Positions 9,597 to 19,289 of a DNA stretch of 64,000 nucleotides are shown one piece after another. The stretch is from NCBI GenBank assembly GCA_963827235.1, contig CAWHAE010000018.1:352001-416000 (forward strand), read 5' to 3'. Source of the DNA: an uncultured bacterium (GTDB lineage Bacteria > Chloroflexota > UBA5177 > JANWHV01). Both the position numbers and the translations under genes were made by a program. The number at the start of each line of letters is the position of its first letter. Within the stretch, counting starts at the first letter, position 1. The notes below the pieces were generated by a model, which saw only the letters and a list, made by a program, of their open reading frames with translations, searched no databases and was not told the origin of the DNA.

Positions 9597-12080
9597 CTAC
9601 TGCCGCACTCTGCGCAACACCAGCGCGGTCCTGCCGGCCGGATCCTGCGCAGCCACGGCGATCCGCGTCGAGTAGGCGCTCGGCACGCCGATCGTAAGGC
9701 TGAACCCGCCGTCCGACCCGGCCACCGTGCCGTAGGCCCGCGTGGCGGTCTCGCTGGTAACCAGGATGGCAACGCGGGCGCCCGGCGCGGCCGTGCCCCG
9801 GATGATCAGACTCCGAGCACTGCTGCCGGTGACGTTCGCGGCAGGCGAGGTCACTGCTAGACGCGCCTGCTCGACCCGATGCGTCACGTAGCGTTCTCGG
9901 GTAATCGACGGCTGGTCGAGCAGCGTGCCGGACTGGACATCCATCAGCAGGCGCAGGTACTGGCCCAAAGCCCAGTTGAGCGGTGTCGCCGAGCCGTCTG
10001 CCTGGCCGGTGGCCATGCCGATCGAGGCCGCCAGTGGCGGCGTGCCGGCTGGCGACGGTGGCACGGACTTCCTCTCCCAGATCTGCTCCGGAATCAGACC
10101 GGTGGCGGTGGCAAACCCCTGCATGGTCTGCAGCGAGGCCAATGCGTCCGTCACACGGCCGTCGGTCAGGTCGTATTCACCGCGCTCGCCGCCCAGCACG
10201 GGCCACGGATGCCCCGTTCCCTGCAGCGCGGTGGAGTTCCAGGGTGCACCGCTTGCCGAATCGCCGTAGGTGTCGAAGTTGTAGCGGTACCAGGCGGGTC
10301 CCTCGGCGGTCGTCACCCGGATCGTGGCGTCGACCACGCCGAGCGAAGCAACGACGTCCCTGTCGTTGGCAGGAAGGATGCCCAAACGCACGAGCTCGAG
10401 GAAGCCCGAGTCGACCACCGACCGCTCGTCCCGCCCCGCGCCGCCGGCGATCTGCAACGAGCCTCCGTCGTTGGGATCGGCGTTGTCGTCGAGGCGAATG
10501 AAATAGGGGCGGTGCGCCAGGGGACCGGTCGACGTGACCGTCCACGATTTCACGTTCCGCTGCCAATCGTCGGCCACGCCGCGGTAGACCAGGGCCCGTG
10601 CCCGGTCGCCGTTCTTCTCCGCTATGGCGGCCGCGGATGCCAGCCCGGCGATCTCTGCCGCGATGGTCGAGGGAGAGTAACCGGAATCCTCCTCCCACCG
10701 CTCCTGATCGGTGATTGGCCCGGTGCGTACCAGGTAGTCGGCCATCTGGCGCAGCCGGCTCACGTACGTGGCACCGTCGTCGACGCCCAGGCTCCAGGCC
10801 AGGATCAGAGGGTAGGCAACTCCGTCAAGCTGAATGCCGCCATCCACCGGATTGCCGTCCACCAGGGTGTTCTGCGCCACGCCGCCGTCGGCCTGGTCCA
10901 GCGTTGTGAGCATGTAGCGCAGGATGTCGTGCGCCGTGGCCGAGTCGCCGGCGGCCGCCATGCCGGTAGCCATCTCGTAGAGATCGCGGCTCCAGACCCG
11001 GTGGTAACCCTGCCCGCTGTTCTGGTCGGCGGCGACCGACTGGCCCCACGGCGTGCTCAGCGAGGCTACGATGGCGCCCGGGAACCGCTTGTCTTCGCTA
11101 GCCTTGAGGGCCAGGGCGGCATCGAAGTACTGATCGCGCTCGGCGGCGCTGAAGCGTCCGTCGGGTTGGCGCAGCCCGGCGGCGTAGCGGTGCCACCCGG
11201 CGATGAACGCGCGCTCGGTGCCGGCGAACGGCTGCGCGAGACTTGCGGCGGCGGTTCGCTCCGCGGCAGCCTCGGACGGCGCAAAGCCCAGCCCCAGATC
11301 GGCAGTGCCGTCGCTCCTCAGCGGCACGAATGCGCCCTGCACGATGTTGCCCGGCCCGGCCGCCGCGTACGCCGGACCGGCGGCATGATGGCCCTGGAAC
11401 GACGCCTCCGGATCGCTTGCCGTGCCCGCATAACCGGTCGTGCCGCTGAGCAGTGGCGGGCTGGCGAGCAGGGCCGACGCCACGGGACCGTAGTGACCGC
11501 TGTCGTCGTGGGCCAGCAGAGCGGCGCCGGCAACGCGGCCGCTATCGCCGGTGCCGTTCGCGTTCAGCGCCGGATCGTAGCGCACGTACACACGCAGCGG
11601 TTGAAGGCCGCTGGGGTGGCTGAGCTGCACGTGGATCAGCACGGTCGGCCGGCGCGGATCCGAGAAGAACGTCGTGGCCAGCATGTACGCCGCGCGCCGG
11701 CCACGACAGGTGACGACGTACTGCTCCGATCGCGGATCGGGATGGACGGTGAGGCAGGTGGTGTCGATGGACTGCCGGTCGGCGAAGCTCTTGCCGTCCG
11801 TGACGACGAACGAAAGCGACGTGACGTCCGGCGTATCGGTAGTGGGGTAGAATACCTCGGTCAGCCGGCCGCCAGCCAGCGTGTACCAGACGTTGGAAGC
11901 AGTACCGAGGGCGCTGCCCACGCCGTCCTTCCTGCCGACCGCCCAGTACGGCGCGGCGCCCGGCGCACCCGGGGCCGTGGCGCTGGTCAGACTGCCGGCC
12001 CGCGTCGCGGCAGGAGCGATCGTGGCCAGACAGAGGAAGGCGAGCGCAAAGCGCCGGAAGCGGCGCGCTAGCCCGTGCAT
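9597..12080 (-). CDS. Secreted glucoamylase/glucodextranase (GH15) with C-terminal Ig-like domain
   Basis: Signal peptide; motifs APGAPG..W...KDGVG, SLSTPWG, YHRVWSRDLY, QERWEE, GLIPEQIWE and SATPLNW. Confidence 0.93.
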   Translation of the reverse strand: MHGLARRFRRFALAFLCLATIAPAATRAGSLTSATAPGAPGAAPYWAVGRKDGVGSALGTASNVWYTLAGGRLTEVFYPTTDTPDVTSLSFVVTDGKSFADRQSIDTTCLTVHPDPRSEQYVVTCRGRRAAYMLATTFFSDPRRPTVLIHVQLSHPSGLQPLRVYVRYDPALNANGTGDSGRVAGAALLAHDDSGHYGPVASALLASPPLLSGTTGYAGTASDPEASFQGHHAAGPAYAAAGPGNIVQGAFVPLRSDGTADLGLGFAPSEAAAERTAAASLAQPFAGTERAFIAGWHRYAAGLRQPDGRFSAAERDQYFDAALALKASEDKRFPGAIVASLSTPWGQSVAADQNSGQGYHRVWSRDLYEMATGMAAAGDSATAHDILRYMLTTLDQADGGVAQNTLVDGNPVDGGIQLDGVAYPLILAWSLGVDDGATYVSRLRQMADYLVRTGPITDQERWEEDSGYSPSTIAAEIAGLASAAAIAEKNGDRARALVYRGVADDWQRNVKSWTVTSTGPLAHRPYFIRLDDNADPNDGGSLQIAGGAGRDERSVVDSGFLELVRLGILPANDRDVVASLGVVDATIRVTTAEGPAWYRYNFDTYGDSASGAPWNSTALQGTGHPWPVLGGERGEYDLTDGRVTDALASLQTMQGFATATGLIPEQIWERKSVPPSPAGTPPLAASIGMATGQADGSATPLNWALGQYLRLLMDVQSGTLLDQPSITRERYVTHRVEQARLAVTSPAANVTGSSARSLIIRGTAAPGARVAILVTSETATRAYGTVAGSDGGFSLTIGVPSAYSTRIAVAAQDPAGRTALVLRRVRQ

Positions 12081-12246
12081 GTCCAGGGGCCGCGATGAAC
12101 CGGGCACGACCGATCAGCGCATGTCGCGCTGAAGCCTGGCCAGCTCCCGGCGCAGGCGATCGTTCTCTGCCTCGAGCTCTCGCCAAGCGCGCACGGCTTC
12201 AAGCCGCGCCTCGGCTTCCTGCTTCCTCTCGCTCCATAGGGGAATT

Positions 12247-13164
12247 CTACCCCTTGACCGCCCCTCCGGCGAGCCCGCTGACGAACCACCGCTGCGCGAC
12301 CAGGAAGATGATCACCCAGGGCACCGAGCCCATCACCGCCGCCGCGGCGAAGTCCGTCCAGTCGGTGGTGAAGTTGCCCAGCGCGAAGCTCAAGAGTCCG
12401 TTGCTGAAGGTCTTACGGCTCGGGTCGGTGACCAGTATGCTGACGATCAGGAACTCATTCGCCACGCCCAGGAAGCCCTGGATGAAGATGAAGGCCATCA
12501 TGGGCCGGCAAAGCGGCATGATCACCTTCCAGAAGGCCACGAAGCGGCTGGCCCCGTCGATATAGGCGGATTCCTCCAGGTCGAACGGCAGCGTGTCGAT
12601 GTAGCCCTTGAACAGCCAGGCGTTGAACGGGATGCTCGTGCCCACGTAGATGCAGATCAGCCCGACCCAGTTGTCGGCAATGGGGAACCAGTTCTCCGAG
12701 ATCCAGTTCACCAGGTAGTAGTACGCGGTGAGGGCCATGATCGTGGGAAAGAGTTGCATCGCCACCAGGGTCAGCACCGCGGCCCGCCGCCCCGGGAAGC
12801 GGAACCGGCTCAGGGCGTAGGCGATCAGGACGATCACGAGGACTTCGAGCGCGGCCGTGATGCAGCCCACGATCAGCGTATTGCGCACCCAGAGCAGGAA
12901 ATCGGTGTGCTGCCAGACGTCGGCATAGTGGCTGAGCGTATAGTTGCTGGGCAAAAAGCTGGTGGCGAAGCTGTCGCCCACGTTGAGCGAGGTCATCACG
13001 ATCCAGAAGATCGGGAAGAGGGTCAGCACCGTGACCAGCAGGAGCGCCACCCAGGAGATCGCGATGTTCCGCTTCTGGTCACGCCGCAAGCGGCGGTCCT
13101 TGCGAAACTGTGGCAGACTGCGCTGCCCGCCGGCAGCACCCGGAACAGTGCCCTGCACGGCCAT
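12247..13164 (-). CDS. Oligosaccharide ABC permease (MalG/GanQ-like)
   Basis: AYALSRFRFPGR and EAA loop DLEESAYIDGAS; ends VSGLAGGAVKG. Confidence 0.92.
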   Translation of the reverse strand: MAVQGTVPGAAGGQRSLPQFRKDRRLRRDQKRNIAISWVALLLVTVLTLFPIFWIVMTSLNVGDSFATSFLPSNYTLSHYADVWQHTDFLLWVRNTLIVGCITAALEVLVIVLIAYALSRFRFPGRRAAVLTLVAMQLFPTIMALTAYYYLVNWISENWFPIADNWVGLICIYVGTSIPFNAWLFKGYIDTLPFDLEESAYIDGASRFVAFWKVIMPLCRPMMAFIFIQGFLGVANEFLIVSILVTDPSRKTFSNGLLSFALGNFTTDWTDFAAAAVMGSVPWVIIFLVAQRWFVSGLAGGAVKG

Positions 13165-14124
13165 CTATCTCGCCTCCTTGAACGCGCCGGTGAGCCGCAC
13201 GTTTATCAGGCTCAGAATGACGATAATCAGAAAGACCAGGATTCCCAGCGCCGCCATCTGGCCGTAGGCCTGGAATCCACTCACCTGGTTATAGAGGTAG
13301 CTGCCCAGCGTATCGGTCTCGCCTCGCTGGGTAATGTCGAGCGAGGGCGGTGCGCCTCCCGTCAGCGCCCAGACAAAGACGGCGTTGTTGAACTGGAAGG
13401 CGAATTGCACCACGACCAGAGGCGCCAATGCCGGCCGGACCGACGGGATCGTGATGTGCCGGAAGCGAGCCCACGCGCCGGCGCCGTCGATCTCCGCCAC
13501 CTCGTAGAGATCTCCCGGTATGGCCTGCAGAATGCTCAGTATCAACACCATGAAATAGGGAAACGAGAACCAGCCGTTGACCGCGATCAGGCACAGCTTC
13601 GCCAGGTTTGGATCGTTGAGCCAGTCGGGACGACCGAGGCCGATCGACGAGAGAATGGAGTTCACGGCCCCGAAGTCGGTGTTCAGCACGCCGCGCCAGG
13701 TGACTACGGAGATGGTGAACGGCAGAGCCCAGGGCAGGATGAGCAGAGCCCTATAGATGATCCTGCCCGGCAATCGCGGATTGTTCACCAACATGGCGAT
13801 TGCACCGCCTGTGCAGATGTTGACCACCGTGCAGCCGGCGGCGAAGGCGAAGGTCCAGGCGAAGAGCCACAGGTAGCCATGGGCATAGCCGGTGTAGGGA
13901 TCGGTGCTGAACGCGTAGCCGTAGTTGCGCAGACCTACCCAGTGATAGTTGTAGAGATGCTGCTGATTGTAGTTCGTACCGGAGATGTACGCCGTGAAGA
14001 TGAGCGGAATGATGATGCCCACGGCCAGGAACAATATGGCCGGCGTCATCCAAGCCACCGGGAAGTAGGTTCGCTTTCGTGCGGGCGGTGCACCCGGCAC
14101 GGCGGACGTGGCGCTCACAGCCAT
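13165..14124 (-). CDS. Oligosaccharide ABC permease (MalF/GanP-like)
   Basis: YRALLILPWALP and LQAIPGDLYEVAEIDGA; start at MAVSA after a GGGGGAAG RBS. Confidence 0.92.
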   Translation of the reverse strand: MAVSATSAVPGAPPARKRTYFPVAWMTPAILFLAVGIIIPLIFTAYISGTNYNQQHLYNYHWVGLRNYGYAFSTDPYTGYAHGYLWLFAWTFAFAAGCTVVNICTGGAIAMLVNNPRLPGRIIYRALLILPWALPFTISVVTWRGVLNTDFGAVNSILSSIGLGRPDWLNDPNLAKLCLIAVNGWFSFPYFMVLILSILQAIPGDLYEVAEIDGAGAWARFRHITIPSVRPALAPLVVVQFAFQFNNAVFVWALTGGAPPSLDITQRGETDTLGSYLYNQVSGFQAYGQMAALGILVFLIIVILSLINVRLTGAFKEAR

Positions 14125-14181
14125 GCTTCCCCCAATCCCTACCGATCGGCGTGCGAGACCACCGATCGATCTCCATCTGGC

Positions 14182-14217
14182 GTGCAGGTGAGCAAGGGAT
14201 CCCTTGCTCACCTGCAC
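14182..14217. repeat. Perfect 36-bp palindrome between the binding-protein and permease genes
   Basis: GTGCAGGTGAGCAAGGGA|TCCCTTGCTCACCTGCAC equals its own reverse complement. Confidence 0.9.
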
Positions 14218-14238
14218 TGCTGTCCAACTGGACGGGCT

Positions 14239-15501
14239 CTAGCTTCCGGCTGCTTCCTTGGCGAGGGCAGCCTTCATCTGCTGCACGGCGGTATCGAGTG
14301 CCACCTTCGGGGTGGCGCGGCCCGAGATCGCCAGGGTAATCGCGCTCTGCAGCGGGTTCCACGCCGTGTTGTTGTTGAACTCGGGGATGTTCGGCATGGG
14401 ATCGCCCACGGCAAAAGCCTTCGCGGCCTGCACCTGGATTGCATCCGGCGTCCAGCCGGGAACGCTCTTGAAGGCGGGAAGCCGGCCCTCATAGGTGCCG
14501 CTGATCGCCTGGCCGTTCATGCTCAGATACTTGCCGAGGCTCCAGGCCGCCGCCTGGTTCTTGCTGAAGTTGTTCACTTCCCAGACCCGCACGCCGATGT
14601 AGGTGTGCGCGATACCGCCATTCGGGAGCGGCGGAATCGGCTCGGCGCCCAGGTCGCTGCCCAGCGCCTTCTCGTAGGCAGCCAGCTGCCAGGGTCCGTT
14701 GATCGTCATCGCCGCTTTGCCGGCGCTGAAGTTGCTGTCCGCGGCATTGTAGTCTGTCGACTTGGGTACGACGGTGGTGAGGGACTTCAGGAAGGTCAGC
14801 GCCTTGACCGCACCGTCGTTGTTCATGCCGATGTCGGTGGTATCGTACTTGCCGTTCTTCAGGGCGAACACATAGGCACCGTAGCCGCTGAAGGCCCAGT
14901 AGTTGTAGTAGAGGCCGCCCGTGATGTCATAGAGCAGTCCGTACTGGCCACCCTTGGTCAGCATCCTGGCCTTGGCAAGGAGGTCGACCCAGTTCGTGGG
15001 CGCGGTGGGCACGAGCTTCTTGTTGTAGTAGAGGAACGTGCCGTCGACCGCCTGCGGAATGGAGTAGGCCACGCCGTTCACCGAGCTTGAGCCCAAGGCG
15101 CTCGGCTGATACTTCGCCAGATCGGCCGCGCTGAGCAGGCCGGCCGGCCGCGGAGCCAGGATCCCGGAGGCCACCAGGTTGCCCTGCTGATCCTCGGTGG
15201 AATAGGCAAGGTCGGCAGCGCCTGCACTCTTCGCCTTGAGACGCAGCAAGCCGGCGACGTCGGTCGATCCGCCGCCCATGCCCGGCTGAGACGTGTTCAT
15301 CCACTTCACGGTGTCGCCGTTCGCCGTGGCCCACTTATTGCCGAGCGCGATGAACTGGGTTTCCTGAGTTTTTGAGAAGTCTTCCCAGACGGTGAGCGTT
15401 ACTCCGCCCGCCTTTGGCCGTGCAGCCTGGACGTTGCCGATGCCAAGATAAGGCACGGTGAGCAGCGCCGCCGCGGCTACTGCCAAGAGGGTTCGTTTCA
15501 T
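14239..15501 (-). CDS. Maltose/maltodextrin-type extracellular solute-binding protein
   Basis: Signal peptide; motifs LYYNKKLV, FSAGKAAMTINGPW and PMPNIPE; GAGGAG RBS. Confidence 0.92.
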   Translation of the reverse strand: MKRTLLAVAAAALLTVPYLGIGNVQAARPKAGGVTLTVWEDFSKTQETQFIALGNKWATANGDTVKWMNTSQPGMGGGSTDVAGLLRLKAKSAGAADLAYSTEDQQGNLVASGILAPRPAGLLSAADLAKYQPSALGSSSVNGVAYSIPQAVDGTFLYYNKKLVPTAPTNWVDLLAKARMLTKGGQYGLLYDITGGLYYNYWAFSGYGAYVFALKNGKYDTTDIGMNNDGAVKALTFLKSLTTVVPKSTDYNAADSNFSAGKAAMTINGPWQLAAYEKALGSDLGAEPIPPLPNGGIAHTYIGVRVWEVNNFSKNQAAAWSLGKYLSMNGQAISGTYEGRLPAFKSVPGWTPDAIQVQAAKAFAVGDPMPNIPEFNNNTAWNPLQSAITLAISGRATPKVALDTAVQQMKAALAKEAAGS

Positions 15502-16002
15502 ATGTGACTCCTCGCTGAGCTACGAACGTGCCAACGCTCGGATCTGCGAGCGCCGGCGATATCCACCGGTTCCCCGGTCAATCCCTTGCGAGTAGATGGC
15601 ACCGGATGAGGCCAATCCCTGCCGCCGTCTGCTGCCTCTCGGCAATGCGCCGGGCCCGCAGCACCGTGTCACGCGTGCTCGGCGCCGCGGCAGGAGTGTC
15701 TGCCCAGATCTCCTTTCTGTCATGAACACACTGCCAACCCGGCACGGGCGGACACAACACGACCCGATGCCCCGGGCTTCTACGGGCTCCGGGCCATCAA
15801 GTGGCCTATAGTATAGGTGCCGGAGGAAGACCCAGTAAATGGCGCGCGCGGCTACCAAGTTGCACAAAATCGCTAAATGGCCGTCGTTCCTCTCCTGGCG
15901 AGCCGCCTCAGCCGCCCACGGACGGCCGGTATCCTGCCATTCGACCTCTGTCGGAGGCTTCCGTCCGCCGCTGGAAGCCGCCGTCCCCGTCCGGCATCGC
16001 CC

Positions 16003-16962
16003 TCAGGACGGCCGGGCGGACAACCGCGATCCGGACGTCTCCAGCGCGTCGCGATAGGAGCGAGGGCTGATGCCGAAGTGGTAGTGAAACTGGCGGCTGA
16101 AGTAGTACAGCGACGAGTACCCGAGCTGCTCCGCCACGGCACCAATCGAGAGGTCCGTCGCCTCCAGAAGGAGCGCGGCACGGCGCATGCGCAGATTGAG
16201 CAACGTGTAGCCGATCGTCTCGCCCGTCTCGTGCTTGAACAGGTGCGCCAGGCGCGATGGCGAGAGCAGGACCGCGCGAGCGAGGTCGTGCACGTCGTGT
16301 TTGCCGTTCGGGTCACTCGCCAGAATGTCCAGGACGTGCTGCACTCTCGAGTCCAGCGTCCGTGGACTTTGCAGACTCGTCTCGCGCATCCCGAGCAGAA
16401 GCACTTCTTCCAGGCCGGATAGCGCCAGCTCGAGCTGAATGGCGTCCAGCTCGGGAAGGTACTCGTGATACGGATCGGGCTCGGGCGCCCTGCGTACGAA
16501 GTCCTTGGGCAGACCCATGGCATCGCACACGTCGCCGTGCAACCGCAGCATCGCCCTGCGCGCTCGCTGGAACGCCCCGGGCGATCGGAAGCGGAGCGCA
16601 AACAGCCCGTCGCCCATCTCGGGCAGCCGCAGCCAGGTGAGCCAGGCAGGACGGGGGTTGAAGTGCGCCCAGATCAGCTCCCACGTGCGTCCCCCGGCCA
16701 GCACGCCGTAGTCGTGAGCGGTGCGAGGACTCAGGAGTACCAGGTCGCCCGGTTCCGCCCGTCGCTCGGTCCGTGCCTGCCGGTAGTAACCCTGGCCGCG
16801 CAGGGTCAACGAAGCGTACCAATTCGGCGAGCCCTGCGGACGAACCACGTGGTACGCCGGACCTGCCCTGAAATGTCCGGTCACCAGCAGGTGCGGCGGA
16901 GGCGAGGCTCCGAGCTCGAACCTGGTAGCGATATTGTGCAATTTCACGGCCGAGACCGGCAT
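16003..16962 (-). CDS. AraC family transcriptional regulator
   Basis: AraC-type ligand domain and C-terminal HTH (LSPSRLAHLFK...VAEQLGYSSLYYFSRQF..HFGISPRSYR). Confidence 0.93.
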   Translation of the reverse strand: MPVSAVKLHNIATRFELGASPPPHLLVTGHFRAGPAYHVVRPQGSPNWYASLTLRGQGYYRQARTERRAEPGDLVLLSPRTAHDYGVLAGGRTWELIWAHFNPRPAWLTWLRLPEMGDGLFALRFRSPGAFQRARRAMLRLHGDVCDAMGLPKDFVRRAPEPDPYHEYLPELDAIQLELALSGLEEVLLLGMRETSLQSPRTLDSRVQHVLDILASDPNGKHDVHDLARAVLLSPSRLAHLFKHETGETIGYTLLNLRMRRAALLLEATDLSIGAVAEQLGYSSLYYFSRQFHYHFGISPRSYRDALETSGSRLSARPS

Positions 16963-17106
16963 TTACCCGGCGATCGGGCGACACCTATACTGTACGTCAC
17001 CGGCTTCCACGGGAGCGACTACCGACACTCAACTCGCTAGCTAGATGGTATCGCACCGGCGAGAGCATGCACGACACGCCATGGAGCATGATCGAAGGAG
17101 AAGCAG

Positions 17107-19182
17107 ATGCCAGAGCCCCCGGCACGCGACCGTCGCGACGCCGCGTCGTTCATTGCCGCCGAGGTCGGCGCGCCCCTGTACGGCGGCGACTACAACCCGG
17201 AGCAGTGGGGCGCCGCACAGGGATACGAGGGCGATTCCGTCTGGCGCGACGACATGCGCCTGATGCGGATCGCCGGAGTCAACGCCCTCTCCGTCGGCAT
17301 ATTCAGCTGGGTCGCGCTGCAGCCGTCCGAGTCCGTCTACACCTTCGACTGGCTGGACCGCGTCCTGTCGCTGCTGGCCGAAAACGGGATGCATGCGTGC
17401 CTGGCCACGCCCACCGCCGCTCAGCCGGCATGGCTCTCCGCCTCCTATCCGGACGCCCTGCCGGTAGACGTGTCCGGGATCCGGCGCGAGCATGGCGGCC
17501 GGCAGAACTACTGCCCAACCAGCCCGGATTTCCGCCGCCTCGGCCAGAGCCTGGTCCGGCGTCTCGCCGAGCGCTATCGCGATCACCCGGCGCTGCTGCT
17601 CTGGCACATCAGCAACGAGTACGGCCCCTATTGCTACTGCCCTCGCTGCGCCGCCCGCTTTCGGGACTGGCTGCGCGCACGCTACGGCAGCCTCGAGGAG
17701 CTGAACCGCCGCTGGGTGAGCGCGTTCTGGAGCCACACCTACACGGACTGGGAGCAGATCGCGCCGCCCACCACACGCGGCGAACAGGGCATGCAGGGCC
17801 TCGTGCTCGACTACCGGCGCTTCATGTCCGAGATGAATCTCGAGTGCTATCGCGCCGAGGTCGACATACTGCGCGACGTGACGCCCGCCATACCGGTCAC
17901 CACGAACCTCATGGGTGCGTTCAAGCCGCTCGACTACTACGCCTGGGCGCCGTACCTGGACGTCGTGTCCTGGGACTCCTATCCGCGGCTGGAAGATCAT
18001 CCCGCCTCGATCGCCTTCCGCCACGACCTGATGCGGGGCCTCAAGGCCGGTGCCCCCTGGCTGCTGATCGAGCAGACGCCCAGCCAGGTGCAGTGGACGC
18101 CGCACAACCCGCTCAAGCGCCCGGGAATGATGCGACTGCTCTCGTACCAGGCCGTCGCCCATGGCGCGGATGGCGTGATGTTCTTCCAGTGGCGACAGTC
18201 GCGCGGCGCCTCGGAGATGTTCCACGGCGCCGTCGTCAGCCATTCCGGGCGCCGGGACACGCGCGTCTTCCGCGACGTGGAGAGCCTGGGCGCCGAGCTG
18301 CGGCACCTGGGCACCGCCTTCCTCGGCACGCGCGTTCGCGCCCGCGTCGCACTGATCTTCTCGTGGCCCAACTGGTGGAGCGTCGACTTCAGGCCCAGAC
18401 CGAGCTCGTCGCTGGACTACGTGGAGCAGGTACTGGCCTACTACCGCGCGCTCTGGGAGCAGAACGTGGCGGTGGACATCGTGGCGCCCGATCACGACCT
18501 CTCGGGCTACGACCTCGTGCTGGCGCCGCTGCTGCACATGATCACTAACGACCAGGCCGAGGCGATCGCGCACTACGTCGATGGCGGCGGCACCTTCCTG
18601 ACCACCTTCTTCAGCGGTGTGGTGGACGAAGACAACCGGGCGTGGCTCGGCGGCTATCCGGGCCCGCTGCGCAAGACGCTGGGCATCTGGGTCGAAGAAT
18701 TCGACCCCCTCGAACCGTACATGTCCAACCACCTCGTAGTGCCGAAGCGCGGCGATGTGCCGGCCGGCACTTACGCCTGCGACGTCTGGTGCGACCTGCT
18801 GCACCTGGAAGGTGCCGCCGCGCTGGCCACCTACGGCGAAGACTTCTACGCCGGGCGTCCCGCGGTGACGGAGCACCTTTACGGGCGCGGCCGAGCGCTC
18901 TACGTCGGCACGAGACCTGAGCCGGCCTTCCTTACGGCGATCCTGGCCAGGCTGCTCGACGACACGGGCGTCCGGCCTCCCCTGGAGGCGCCCGACGGCG
19001 TGGAGGTGACCCGCCGCGAGGACCAGCGCGGAGCCTTCCTCTTTGTGCTTAACCACACCGACCACCCGGCGGCGCTGCCGCTGACCGGCCCATACCGTGA
19101 CCTGCTGACCGGCTGCCTGCACGAGAACGATCTGCTCGAGCTGGAGCCGTGCGGGGTGGCCATCCTTGCGGAGCGCGGATAG
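17107..19182 (+). CDS. Beta-galactosidase (GH42)
   Basis: Motifs YGGDYNPEQW, WHISNEY (acid/base), LIEQTP (nucleophile) and FFQWRQSRGASEMFHG. Confidence 0.95.
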   Translation: MPEPPARDRRDAASFIAAEVGAPLYGGDYNPEQWGAAQGYEGDSVWRDDMRLMRIAGVNALSVGIFSWVALQPSESVYTFDWLDRVLSLLAENGMHACLATPTAAQPAWLSASYPDALPVDVSGIRREHGGRQNYCPTSPDFRRLGQSLVRRLAERYRDHPALLLWHISNEYGPYCYCPRCAARFRDWLRARYGSLEELNRRWVSAFWSHTYTDWEQIAPPTTRGEQGMQGLVLDYRRFMSEMNLECYRAEVDILRDVTPAIPVTTNLMGAFKPLDYYAWAPYLDVVSWDSYPRLEDHPASIAFRHDLMRGLKAGAPWLLIEQTPSQVQWTPHNPLKRPGMMRLLSYQAVAHGADGVMFFQWRQSRGASEMFHGAVVSHSGRRDTRVFRDVESLGAELRHLGTAFLGTRVRARVALIFSWPNWWSVDFRPRPSSSLDYVEQVLAYYRALWEQNVAVDIVAPDHDLSGYDLVLAPLLHMITNDQAEAIAHYVDGGGTFLTTFFSGVVDEDNRAWLGGYPGPLRKTLGIWVEEFDPLEPYMSNHLVVPKRGDVPAGTYACDVWCDLLHLEGAAALATYGEDFYAGRPAVTEHLYGRGRALYVGTRPEPAFLTAILARLLDDTGVRPPLEAPDGVEVTRREDQRGAFLFVLNHTDHPAALPLTGPYRDLLTGCLHENDLLELEPCGVAILAERG

Positions 19183-19289
19183 CCTGGCTGCCCAGAGATG
19201 CCGCCAGATCCTTCCGCGCCGGACCTGGCGGCATAGACTGCCGCGCGGCAGGAATCACATGGTCGGGAAGGTACGTCCAGCCAGGAAGA

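Noticed and set aside
9879-12071. 730-aa plus-strand ORF (similarly 12754..15090, 17041..19122, 27112..28992 and 37240..38787)
   Set aside because: Antisense shadows of well-supported genes, expected with high-GC codon bias; no recognisable motifs.
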